A stretch of 20,342 nucleotides of DNA, from positions 1 through 20,342 of the forward strand of contig NW_021824007.1 of NCBI RefSeq assembly GCF_006345805.1. Direction: 5' to 3'. Made by a program: the position numbers and the translations under genes. Numbering within the stretch: the stretch's first letter is position 1; every line of letters begins with the position of its first letter. Below the pieces are notes generated by a model. It was not told the origin of the DNA. It ran no database searches and saw only the letters and a list, made by a program, of their open reading frames with translations. Shown piece by piece: positions 9,424 to 20,194 of this stretch. The stretch is from Octopus sinensis (taxonomy: Eukaryota).

Positions 9424-10010
9424 GTGTGGCTTAGTGACTAGGGGATTCGGCTCACAGTCGTAAGATCGGGAGTTCGATTCCTTGCAGTGAATTGTGGCCT
9501 TGAAAGAAATATATATTTCTTTACTACCCACAAAGGGCTAAACACAGAGGGGACAAACGAGGACAGACAAACGGATTAAGTCGATTACATCGACCCCAGT
9601 GCGTAACTGGTACTTAATTTATCGACCCCGAAAGGATGAAAGGCAAAGTCGACCTCGGCGGAATTTGAACTCAGAATGTAACGGCAGACGAAATACGGCT
9701 ACGATTCTGCTAGCTCGCCACCTAAAGAAATATACTTGACGAATACGCAGTCATATGCGAGAATTCACATATGGCTGATAGGTACCTTGAAAGAAATATA
9801 CTTTATCTCACGTTGCTCCAGTCTACTCAGCTGGCTAAATTGAGTAATTTCTGTATTTGAAATGGCAAACCTTGCAGCATTCTCTGTCACGCTGAGAACA
9901 AATTTAATTGTACGTATCTCTGTGGAATGCTCAGCCACTTGCACGTTACTTTCATGAGCAAGCTGGTCAGATCAACCGGAACACAAAACTTGTAGCCGAC
10001 GAAGTACCAG
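9424..10010 (+). mobile_element. Older tRNA-derived SINE family C, interrupted by insertions at 9514-9784
   Basis: A box TGGCTTAGTGA and B box GTTCGATTCC; body resumes ACTTTATCTCACGTTGCTCCAGT after the duplicated CCTTGAAAGAAATATA (9498-9513 and 9785-9800). Related head and body at 15070-15180. Confidence 0.75.
9514..9723 (-). mobile_element. SINE family B nested in family C, 11-bp TSD, about 20-bp deletion in the head
   Basis: Reverse complement of the 6348-6580 unit; AAAGAAATATA at 9503-9513 and 9724-9734. Confidence 0.92.
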
Positions 10011-10016
10011 CTTTAA

Positions 10017-10273
10017 ATATGCATACACACATATTACATATACACACACACATATAAATATACATGTGTATGTATAAATGTATATAAATATACACGTATG
10101 TACAATTCTATTTCCATCTATGCACATATAAATATGTGTTTCTGTATTTGTGTGTGGTGTGTGTGTGTGTAAATGTTCATCTAATTATTTACATCCCAAT
10201 ATATATATATATATATATATATCCCAACCATTGATAATTAAATATATATATATATATATGTATGTATGTATAT

Positions 10274-10317
<44 letters not shown>

Positions 10318-10470
10318 ATAATATATATATATATAGTTTTTATAAATAAGCAAATGTCTGTGTATATAAATCTGCATAAATTCATACACATTCACACACG
10401 CACACACACACACACACACATACATATACATATATATGTATCTGTGTGGTCATGTACCTGCATGTATGAG
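10017..10470. repeat. (TA)n/(CA)n/(TG)n low-complexity tract
   Basis: Directly visible. Confidence 0.93.
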
Positions 10471-10719
10471 TGTGAATGTAGCATCTCTCTTTTTGTGTAA
10501 ATCTGCATGTTCGTGCTTCTCGTAATCTTTCACTGGGTATTGTTACGTATGTGTTTTTTTATGTATTTATATGTGCATGTTTATATCCACTGGTAGATAG
10601 GTGTGCTTAGAGGACGGGCGAGTATAAAACTTGATTACTTCAGGATAATTTAATTAAGCAAACCTTTATTCTATCGCAAAATAATTAGACATTCAGAAGC
10701 TACCAAAGCATTCGTTATT

Positions 10720-10930
10720 CACTATGTATATATGTGTGTGGATGTGTGCCTATGTACGCTGGTACATGTAAATGTGTATAAATAAATAAATACAAGTATA
10801 TATCTATGTACTTAGATATTTATCTGTGCATGTGTGTATATAGATGTATGTGAGCACGTGCACGGGATGTCTAGATTAATGACTGAATATCTATCTATAC
10901 ATACACGCATAAACGCGTGTGTACACACAC

Positions 10931-10963
<33 letters not shown>

Positions 10964-11115
10964 TTATATGTATGTATGTATGTATATATCTGTAGAGCAA
11001 ACGTGTGTACGTATGTATATACACATAAATTTACACACTGTTACACATACATACATTGTGTGTATACGTATATGTGCATACATATATATATACATATATA
11101 TGTATATACATACAT

Positions 11116-11162
<47 letters not shown>

Positions 11163-11190
11163 CATATACATACATACATACATACATACA

Positions 11191-11221
<31 letters not shown>

Positions 11222-11283
11222 GCATACATACATACATGCAAACACACATGGATAGATACGTGCATACATGCATACATACATAA
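10720..11283. repeat. (TA)n/(TATG)n/(TACA)n tract
   Basis: Directly visible, with pure (CATA)n at about 11168-11220. Confidence 0.93.
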
Positions 11284-11647
11284 ATGAACGCTAATTACTC
11301 CCTTTGGAACTTTGGAAGTCATGAGACCAATGCAAAATGCAAAATACTAACAGAACATCTAATCTCCACGCATATTTTAATTCCATACACACGTTTTTCA
11401 TTCGTAAAACATATATATATATAAAGACGGATGCATAAACTGCTTCATACTTCTACTTGTCTGTAAGAATGTAATATTTGGCTATGCATGTATATTAATG
11501 TATGTGGGATTTTTGTCAATTACACAGTTTAAAAAGATTCTGGCGCCCTTTTCTTCATAAGGTAAAATGCATTTATCTAGTAAGGGAAATGCATTATAAG
11601 CAGATATTTCTTAGAGATCATGTGAATGAATGTTCCGAAGGTTATAT

Positions 11648-11860
11648 GGTCGCTGGCATGGCTCTGTGGATAAGAAACTCGCTTTACAACGACGTGGCGG
11701 TCCGATCCCACTCTGCAGCTCACCGTGTATGCCATGACTAGACCTTTTGTAATATGTGTACAATCCACCCGTGGGGCTTCTATACAGTTTTCCTCAACCC
11801 AGTTTTACTATCAATGTATGGACTGACATGAGGCTATAGAAAAAAAAACATTTGCCTAGT
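11648..11860. mobile_element. Two diverged SINE family A fragments: head on + (11648-11715), body on - (11772-11860)
   Basis: ggcatggctctgtggataagaaactcgct...cgatcccact resembles the head; gggcttctatacagtttt...gaggctatagaa...catttgccta resembles 18620-18702. Confidence 0.55.
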
Positions 11861-11888
11861 GGAAAGAAGCTTGATTCCCAGTCATAAT

Positions 11889-12352
11889 TCGACTTTGCCT
11901 TTCATACTTTCGGGGTCGATAAATTAAGTACCAGTTACGAACTGAGGTCGATATAATCCCACTTAATCCGTTTGTCTGTCCCTGTTTGTCCTCTCTGTGT
12001 TTAGCCCCTTGTAAAGAAATAGGTGTTTCGCCCGTCGCTACGTTCTGAGTTCAAATTCCACCGAGGTCGACTTTGCCTTTCATCCTTTCGAGGTCGATAA
12101 ATTAAGTACCAGTTAAGCACTGGGGTCGACATAATCGACTTAATCCGTCTGTCTGTCTGTCCTTGTTTGTCTCCTTTGTGTTTAGAAATAGGTATTTCGT
12201 CTGAGTTCAAATTCTGAGTTCAAATTCCGCCGAGGTCGACTTTGCCTTTCATCCTTTCGGGGTCGATAAAATTAGTACCAGTTGAGAGCTGGAATCGATG
12301 TAATTGACTTACACCCACCCTTGAAACTTCAGGCCCTGTGTCTATATTAGAA
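11889..12352 (+). mobile_element. Tandem trimer of headless SINE family B units
   Basis: Three copies of the CGACTTTGCCTTTCAT..TTTCG.GGTCGATAAA core (about 11890, 12068, 12237), junctions AGAAATA|GGTGTTTCG and AGAAATA|GGTATTTCG, and a local duplication of CTGAGTTCAAATT at 12201-12226. Confidence 0.9.
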
Positions 12353-12373
12353 AGGATTATTATTATTGTTGTT

Positions 12374-12550
12374 AAGGCGGCGACATGGCAGAAACGTTAG
12401 CACGTCGTACAAAATGATTAGCGGCATTTCGTCCTCCTTTACGATCTGAGTTCAAATCCCGCCGATATCAACTTCGCCTTTCATCCTTTCGCGGTCGATA
12501 AAATTAGTACTTAGCGCCTCCCGCGAAATGTCAGGCCAGAATTTGAAACC
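12374..12550 (+). mobile_element. Older SINE family B variant with head, ending at an (ATT)n tract
   Basis: AAGGCGGCGACATGGCAGAAACGTTAGCACG...GAGTTCAAATCCCGCCG...GCCTTTCATCCTTTCGCGGTCGATAAAATTAGTAC. Confidence 0.88.
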
Positions 12551-13580
12551 ATTATTATTATTGTTGTTGTCATCGCTATTATTTAAGACAATCCTGCATA
12601 AATCCCTGCGATAGTAAATCCGTTCAATAACAATACGGCCAAAAGACCTCTTGTATCTTCGAGTGAAGAACAGATTCAGATGTTGTCTCTTGCAACAGAC
12701 GCTGACTTTGCCTCGGTCACGCGTCCATAACATCACAGTTTTGTTGATAAGAAGTTGCACATTTCTTTCTTGAGCTGCTTTATCTCAAGCCGTTTGCTTA
12801 GTGAAGATGATATTATTACCATCACAATGATCCGCGATAAATAATTTCGTCGAGGTTGAGTATATTTTACTCCACTAAATCCTAGCATACAATTAGCCGG
12901 TAGATTTTAGCCCCGCGAGTTGCTTTAATCAATAATCTTAGAATATTTCTATCTCTCTTGGCAGATTACTAATTAAGACTTTCTTAACAGAAAGTCAGAC
13001 ATTTGTATTCGTAATTAGCAATTAAATCTCTTCCTATCATCATGAAATATTTTTATCGCCGTCTCAAGAATACCACCAATGAAGGTATATAATTTTTGGC
13101 GAAATACAATTACTCATTTGAATATCTTCTGGTCACAATACAACATAGTTAAAGTATTTGTTCACATTTCGTGAATTTTCTTCTTTTTTTTTCTTTTGAT
13201 TTCTTTGCAGAATGTACTTGTATCTTCAAGAAGAAGCCTCTGTAACATTTATCGATTAACCCTTCGTCTCTGTAAAGTACACAATGACTTACACTGAAGT
13301 TCATGTCAAGTATTTTTCTCTCAGTAATTCTCTTCCGGCGTGGGAGTCTCTGAACGACAGCTTTTAACACCTGATTGACACTGATCAGTCTATACTCATT
13401 TATATTAGATTCTAATCTTTCCAAATATTGTTTATATTTTTTCATCTTTAATTTCTTTTTCTTTGATGACGCGTGTAGTTATTTGTATATTCCCGTTTGA
13501 TAAACATTGCTACATTACTGAAAGTCTTTCATAGATCAACGACCATATTTCTGGATTTTCAAATACACTTTAGCACTATA

Positions 13581-13960
13581 CACTACCGTCAGAAATTAAT
13601 TAGCACCCTTGATTTGCTCTTCACTCAAGGTATGTGCTGTCACCTAGTGGCCATATCTCGAACTATTGCTTTGTTGCGAGTTCACTGTTGCGCAGAACGA
13701 TGACGTAACTTTGTTTGCAGAGCAGTTTGAGAGTCTACAGCCTTATGATGTTGACATAGCAGTGCAACAACAACTTGGAGTGCGGATGCAGACAAATCTT
13801 CCTTTGTTTAATAGATATAGGTAGCGCCTCGCAAGGACCGAAATCACACCATACTAAGTTTTCTCATCGCGTAAGACGTTTTGAACAGCTCATAGGTTAA
13901 TTGATTTAACCTATTTAATGTAGAAATTTGAGAAGTGCTAATTAATTTCTGACGCAAGTG
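13581..13960. mobile_element. Tc1/mariner-type non-autonomous element (MITE), 380 bp, 26-bp TIRs, TA target duplication
   Basis: TA|CACTACCGTCAGAAATTAATTAGCAC (13581-13606) and GTGCTAATTAATTTCTGACGCAAGTG|TA (13935-13960); 24/26 reverse-complement match. Confidence 0.85.
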
Positions 13961-14277
13961 TACTTTTGAAATATACCTTTGCGTATATTCATTAATTTAC
14001 TTTCTCCGAGAAGCTGCATTGCAGTTGCTGATACAACTTAAATTCAAACATAAATTTTGCTAAAACGAAAGGGCGACGGAGAATTATTCTCTTATAACTA
14101 TTCAACGCCCGTAATCTTCAATCGCTCTTAACATCAACAGTGTTGATCCCTTATTCGTGTGAGTCGCAAGTGGTCTTACCTATACAGGAGTTATTTTCAG
14201 ATCAGTTAATCTCTTCAAACAATTTCCTAAAAGTACTTCAAATGATTATATTCAACGCTCAGTCGTTTCAAAGAAAA

Positions 14278-14351
<74 letters not shown>

Positions 14352-14386
14352 CATCATTATTATTATTATTATTATCATTATTATTA

Positions 14387-14417
<31 letters not shown>

Positions 14418-14480
14418 CATAATTATTATTATTATTATTATTATTATATTATTATATTATTATTATTATTATTATTATTA
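14278..14480 (+). repeat. (ATT)n microsatellite
   Basis: Directly visible. Confidence 0.97.
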
Positions 14481-15006
14481 GATGTTTGACTTTTGCTTTG
14501 TATTTGTACAAGTTGACTCTAAATCTCACCCACAGACCTCAAGAGACAAGTTAGAAGTTCATGTTGGTGTTATGCCTAGTGCGTCAGATATTCTTATTTT
14601 TGCCGCGACAGTTGTATCCACATCCAGTTCTGCTTAGCTTATCAGAAAAGGAGTGGAGAGAGCGTTGGAATACTCATTTTTCAATGGGGATGGCTTTGGT
14701 TTTTATGAGTCCCTCTTTTGTCTAGAGCTGTAACACTTTTTGCCATTTATTCATGAAATGTTTTATATATTTTATGATTCCTGATGCTGTCTTATTCACG
14801 GTTAGTGTTTCTGGGATCTATGTGTGGGGAATACTATCAAAAGCTTTTCGATGATCCATCCAAGCCATACTTAGACCCTTCTTCTTTCTTCGGCTGTCTT
14901 CAGTTATGGCTTTATTGATCAATAGCTGATCTTTACATCCGTATGGGTCATAGCAGCATCCCTTCCGCTCTTCCGGAAGCAGGTTTTCTTCCAGATGTTT
15001 GCTCAT
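14481..15006 (-). mobile_element. R4/Dong-like LINE remnant: reverse transcriptase fragment joined to a 3' UTR end
   Basis: HLEENLLPEERKGC...GCKDQLLINKAI.E...LSMAWMDHRKAFDSIPH (degenerate EQKG..DQL..AWIDY.KAFDS.PH). 14482-14560 resembles the 3' UTR end at 16529-16610. Confidence 0.88.
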
Positions 15007-15069
15007 TATTGTTGTTGTTGTTGCTGCCGTAGTTGTTTTTGTATTTGTTGTTGCTGCGGCTCTTATCAT

Positions 15070-15356
15070 TTGGCCTAATGGATAGGGTGTTGCACTGAAT
15101 ATAGCGACATCGTGTTTTCAATTCCTTGAGCAGGTGGTACGTTGAGTTCTTTAAGCAAAACGCTTTATCTTACGTTGCTCTACTATCACTTCGACATTTG
15201 ACGCGTGGTTCACCGTGCACCTGTTTAGACAACGCGGATTTGATGGAGAGAGTGAGCTAATGGGCAGCACGAAAATTTGATCACTAAAAACAAACCTTTT
15301 GTGAAGGTCGTTCAATAAAAACTGGACACTTATGTCGTCTCTGACGGGAGAGTCCA
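15070..15356 (+). mobile_element. Diverged tRNA-derived SINE related to family C in its 5' part
   Basis: A box TGGCCTAATGG, B-box-like TTTCAATTCC, then GCAAAACGCTTTATCTTACGTTGCTC similar to 9800-9818; ends at an ATC/ATT run. Confidence 0.65.
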
Positions 15357-15369
15357 TCATTATCATTAT

Positions 15370-16482
15370 AACTATAGTGATTTTCGCTTGGCTCAGGTTC
15401 GGTCTTATTCCTGGTAGGGATTTATGTGGGAAGCAGGTTACTACCTGTAATTTTAGGTGTCCACAAGTTTTCAGGAATTACAACCGTGTTTCGTGGTCTG
15501 CTACCACAACAGCTCCTTTATAGTATCCAGTTAGCTCAAGACATCTTCAGGAGGAACCACGTCCGGTTTCGGCCCCTACTCCTCTACCGTTTTGACGTGA
15601 CGCCCCCCCCCTTTCGGATGTATCTTCAGCTCTGGTGTTAGGTGCATGTCTTCTTTCTTCTTCTTTCTTCTGTTCCCTGGCCTCTTCGATGTATCGTCAG
15701 CGAGTGTCGGCCGGTGAGTGACTGTCTTGTCAAATTTCTCCCTTCAAAGTCTTTCACGTACTTAGAACCTTCATTGTCCTTGTTGTCCCTAAGAGAAAAC
15801 TTTCTGTAGGAGCTCTACCGACCATTCCAGTCTTCTTCAGCCACTAGTCTATATCTTTGCTTACTGTTCCCAACGCACCAATTCTTATAGGCATGATCTT
15901 TACCGTTCTCATGCTCCAAATTCTTCCTATTTCAAATTTTAAGGGATTGTAATTTTGGGCTTTTCTCTTCCTTTCCTTACGATCTTGGAATCAACCGGAC
16001 ATGAGGTGTCGATCAGTAAACAACTTCGCTTTCCCTTATCTATAATTATTTCTTTACTGCCCACAAGGGACTAATCACAGAGGGGACAAACAAGGACAGA
16101 CGGATTAAGTTGATAATATCGACTCCAGTGCGTAACTGGTACTTATTTAATCGACGCCGAAAGGATGAAAGGCAAAGTCGACCTCGGCGGAATTTGAACT
16201 CATATTTATAATTGTAATGTCCGGTCCGTTATTTTGTAACTTATTGTCCGTTTGAATAGGAAAGTCCCACAATTTCTTACATCTTTCCGACTTCATAACT
16301 CATTCGATTCGACGCTTGTACCATGTGTTTCCAGCTTAAAATCCCCATTTCTGGCGCAGTTTCCAGTATACGCTATTCCAGAATATACGCTATTCCGTAT
16401 ATTCTTCCTGTGCCAACTTGGTGCATTCTGCAAAAATGTGTGCCACTGTCTCGTTCCAAGTTCGGCAGGCTCTACGTTTTTC
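15370..16482 (-). mobile_element. R4/Dong-like LINE 3' portion: zinc knuckle, RLE domain (stop at 15754-15756) and probable 3' UTR; interrupted by a SINE
   Basis: RACRTWNETVAHIFAECTKLAQEEY (decayed CCHC), LWDFPIQTDNKLQNNGPDI, CLLIDTSCPVD, FEIGRIWSMRTVKIMPIRIGALGTVSK, LGTTRTMKVLST*. Assigning 15370-15753 to the UTR is inference. Confidence 0.82.
16048..16202 (-). mobile_element. 5'-truncated SINE family B inserted in the RLE domain
   Basis: Reverse complement of the family B body; imperfect TSD TATCTATAATT (16037-16047) and TATTTATAATT (16203-16213). Confidence 0.9.
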
Positions 16483-16527
16483 TAACACATTCTCTCCATA
16501 TATATTTTCTCATTATTATTATTATTC

Positions 16528-16941
16528 TATGTTTGAATTTTGCTTTATGTCTGTACAAGTTGGCTCCAAGTCTCACCCAGAGGCCTCAAGAGACAACAGG
16601 TTAGAAGTTCTGTGCCATATATTTGGGGTTTTTTTTTGGTTTTGTACTAGTGAATAAATAAATAAATAAAAAAAAATAAAAATAAATAATAAAAACAAAA
16701 TAATAATTTTTTTTTTTTTTAAGTTGTTTTAAACCTTGGGATTACATAGAGAGTATTTTGCGTAGGATATGAGCAGTTCCCATGAGCACTATCTTTTGAA
16801 TTTCTGCCATTTTGGGGTTTCCTGGTATCTAAGTTAGGTAGCAATCAGTCCCTTTCGCTATCATTCCCAGGGCACCTATGACAACAGGTATTGTTTTAGT
16901 CTTCAGCTTCCACATTTTGCTGATTTCTATTTCAGGATCTT
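16528..16941 (-). mobile_element. 5'-truncated R4/Dong-like LINE (RLE C-terminus plus 3' UTR) embedded in (ATT)n
   Basis: KDPEIEISKMWKLKTKTIPVVIGALGMIAKGTDCYLT*IPGNPKMAEIQKIVLMGTAHILRKILSM* (stop 16742-16744); (ATT)n on both sides. Confidence 0.9.
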
Positions 16942-16957
16942 TATTATATTATTATTA

Positions 16958-17002
<45 letters not shown>

Positions 17003-17036
17003 TATTATTATTATTATTATTATCATTATTATCAAT

Positions 17037-17133
<97 letters not shown>
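16942..17133 (+). repeat. Compound (ATT)n/(ATC)n microsatellite
   Basis: Directly visible. Confidence 0.97.
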
Positions 17134-17135
<2 letters not shown>

Positions 17136-17696
17136 CCTACTGACAGAGATATCGATACCTTGTTGGCGAAATAACACTTTTTTTCTGTGGGAAGCAGTTG
17201 TTTTGTGAAACATGCTGTCGATCGTGTTCTGGCCAAAATCTGTTTTAGGAAAATATTCCCAATGGTGTTATTTACGCAGTATTTCCAGTTTGAAAAATAA
17301 AATTACATTAATTATTAACGTATCACAATTACGATTATGGAATCCCCGCCTCCTTTTGCATTTCATAAATTGTAACGCTTGATGTATGGGATACCGGTTG
17401 AAGATCCAGCCACCAATCCAGCTCCTTAATGTAGTTTAATTTTTTCAATATATCCATCACAGGGATGTTTTTTTTGCTTTTACTATTTTGTAACAATTAA
17501 ATCAATCATTATTGAGTTCGCAATTAAAAAGAAGTGTCTTTTAGTTTCGGTTTTAGTCTGCTGTTAGAAATGCAGAGCGTGTTGTACTATGAACCATTTT
17601 TCTATGATGTTTTACTTCGGTTCAGCTCTGTTGTAGTTCGTGTTGATTTTTTATGGTGAATAAAATATTTGAGAGGAATGCCAACGCAATCCTCGT

Positions 17697-17989
17697 TAAA
17701 GGATTCTTGATGACAACCTAAAACCGCTTCTGGTTCCATCATACGAACTTACATCTATGAAGGTGTCGAAATCAAAACCTCTTCCATCAAAATTTCATGC
17801 TGAGTTATGTACCAAATACCAGCAGGAGTGACTGTGTGGTAAGTAGCTTGCTAACCAGCCACATGGTTCTGGGTTCAATCCCACTGCGTGGCATCTTGGG
17901 CAAGTGTCTTCTGCTATAGCCCCGGGCCGACCAATGCCTTGTGAGTGGATTTGGTAGACGGAAACTGAAAGAAGCCTGTCGTATATATG

Positions 17990-18020
<31 letters not shown>

Positions 18021-18321
18021 TTGTGTGTCTGTGTTTGCTTGACAACCGATGCTGGTGTGTGTTTACGTCCCCGTCACCTATCGGTTCGGCAAAAAAGACC
18101 GATAGAATAAGTACTGGGCTTACAAAGAATAAGTCCCGGGGTCAATTTGCTCGACTAAAGGCGGTGCTCTAGCATGGCCGCAACCAAATGACTGAAACAA
18201 GTAAGAGAGAGTAAGAGTATATAATGGTAAAGTTATTTTTAGTAAATTGTTCGTTATTTTTTAAGATTCGTTGAAACAAAGGCAGTAAATTTCAACAGAA
18301 ATTTGGTAACAAAAGGATTAA
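17697..18321. mobile_element. Diverged short repeat, possibly a piggyBac-type MITE, split by the SINE at 17822-18219
   Basis: 17768-17821 joined to 18220-18321 aligns by eye with 18808-18961 (cgaaat.aaaacctc..catcaaaatttca ... ttgaaacaaa..agt); TTAA at 17697 and ends GGATTAA. Superfamily uncertain. Confidence 0.55.
17822..18219 (+). mobile_element. SINE family A, near full length
   Basis: Highly similar to 8347-8794 along its length. Confidence 0.93.
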
Positions 18322-18381
18322 ATATTGTATGACTCTCTCAGTCTTCTGTGGCTCACATAAGGCTGCCGGTGTTCCTTATGA

Positions 18382-18779
18382 TACTCTTTTGCTCGTTCAC
18401 TTGTTTCAGTCATTTGACTGCGGCCATGATGGAGCACCGCCTTTAGTCGAGCAAATCGACCCCAGAACTTATTCTTCTTCTTATTATTATTATTACTTAT
18501 TCTATCGATCTCCCTTGTTACGGGGAAGTAAACACACCAGAATCGATTGTCGAGAGATATTGGGGGGACAAACACAGACACACAAACATATACACACACA
18601 TATATACACATATATACGACGGGCTTCTTTCAGTTTCCGTCTACCAAATCCACTCACAAGGCTTTGGTCGGCCCGAGGCTATAGTAGAAGACGCTTGCTC
18701 AAGGTGCCACGCAGAGGGACTGAACCCGGAACCATGTAGTTGGTAAGCAAGCTACTTACCACACAGCTACTCCTACGCC
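18382..18779 (-). mobile_element. SINE family A, full length, inverted relative to 17822-18219
   Basis: Reverse complement of family A from tail (CTTGTTTCAGTCATTTGACTGCGGCCATG) to head (CTACTTACCACACAGCTACTCCTACGCC). Confidence 0.93.
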
Positions 18780-18789
18780 CGATCCAAAT

Positions 18790-18961
18790 ATCTTCATTTA
18801 AAATAATCGAAATTAAAACCTCCGTCATCAAAATTTCAGTTCATGTCCTAGATACTAATTACATTAATGATAAAAATATTTTACTAAATCCTATATTCAT
18901 TTAGAAATTAATTGAAACAAAAAGTAGTGTACTTAAATAGAAATAGGTTTGTAAAATGGTT
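18790..18961. mobile_element. Second diverged copy of the 17697-18321 repeat
   Basis: Collinear similarity with the two flanks of the 17822 SINE. Confidence 0.5.
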
Positions 18962-19061
18962 CACAAGAATGTTTGTTGTAATACGTCAGTACTACAAAAA
19001 GTATTCGGCGTATAGCCATGACTCTCTGACGCTAAATATGCAACTCTCCACACTGAATGCC

Positions 19062-19394
19062 TATTTATATATGCACGCATGCATACATAAATTCATACAT
19101 ACATATACACACTCATATATATATATATACACGATGACACACACACACATATATGAATATATATACATATATATATATATATACATATACACATATACAC
19201 ATATACGTAGATAGATACAAACATGAATGGATGTAAATATTATTATAGAGGTAGATACGTATAGATGTGTGCATGCACAGAAGTTTGTATGAATTACTTT
19301 TTGCATGCATATATTCATGATGTGCGTATGCCTGAACCTCTCTATGCTACATGTATGCATGGTTGTAAATCTCTCTATCTCTTCTCTCTCTCTC

Positions 19395-19442
<48 letters not shown>

Positions 19443-19456
19443 TCTATCTCTCTCCC

Positions 19457-19497
<41 letters not shown>

Positions 19498-19604
19498 ATA
19501 CATATATGTGTAAATGCACGTATTTATGGATGGATGCATGTATATCACTCTATATATATAAGTGCATACACACACACACATATATATATGTGTGTGTGTG
19601 TATC

Positions 19605-19645
<41 letters not shown>

Positions 19646-19720
19646 TGACTTATATATATATATCTGTTTGTAGCTATATATAGATATATATATATACTTA
19701 TATATATGTGTGTTTGTAGC

Positions 19721-19776
<56 letters not shown>

Positions 19777-19960
19777 TAGATAGATAGATAGATATATAGA
19801 TATATAGAAGATAGATAATAATAGATAGATAGATAGATAGATAGATATATACTTATATATATGTGTTGTGTAGCTATAATATAATATATATATTATATAT
19901 CATATATATATATAAACTTATACACACACACAAACAGATACGCACAAGTACTTATACGTG
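19062..19960. repeat. Compound (TA)n/(CA)n/(CT)n/(GA)n/(GATA)n microsatellite field
   Basis: (CT)n about 19371-19486; (GA)n 19622-19645 and 19737-19777; (GATA)n to about 19848. Confidence 0.95.
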
Positions 19961-20180
19961 CGTATGTAACAGAAATGGCGCACATAGGAACGGAAATAAA
20001 TATACCAGCACCTTCGCCCCTCATCCGTCCATCCCTCCATTCACCCAAACATCCATCACATCCATTTTTTTTTCGTTAAAAATGTATATATTTACTTTGT
20101 TGCTACAGTAATTTTACATTCATCATTTTAACCGTCCCCAGTCGCACCTACACTCTCACTCTGACTGAGGCAAGAAAAAG

Positions 20181-20194
20181 GTTGCCATGGCAAC
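20181..20194. promoter_or_regulatory. Perfect palindromic RFX X-box motif
   Basis: GTTGCCATGGCAAC matches the GTTRCCATGGYAAC consensus exactly, in non-repetitive DNA. Confidence 0.55.

Noticed and set aside
11889-12352. CRISPR-like repeat array
   Set aside because: Units are 130-180 bp SINE bodies without unique spacers; eukaryotic context and no cas genes.
12452-12760. 102-aa minus-strand ORF
   Set aside because: Non-ATG start, runs into a microsatellite and SINE, and has no recognisable domain or convincing splice sites.
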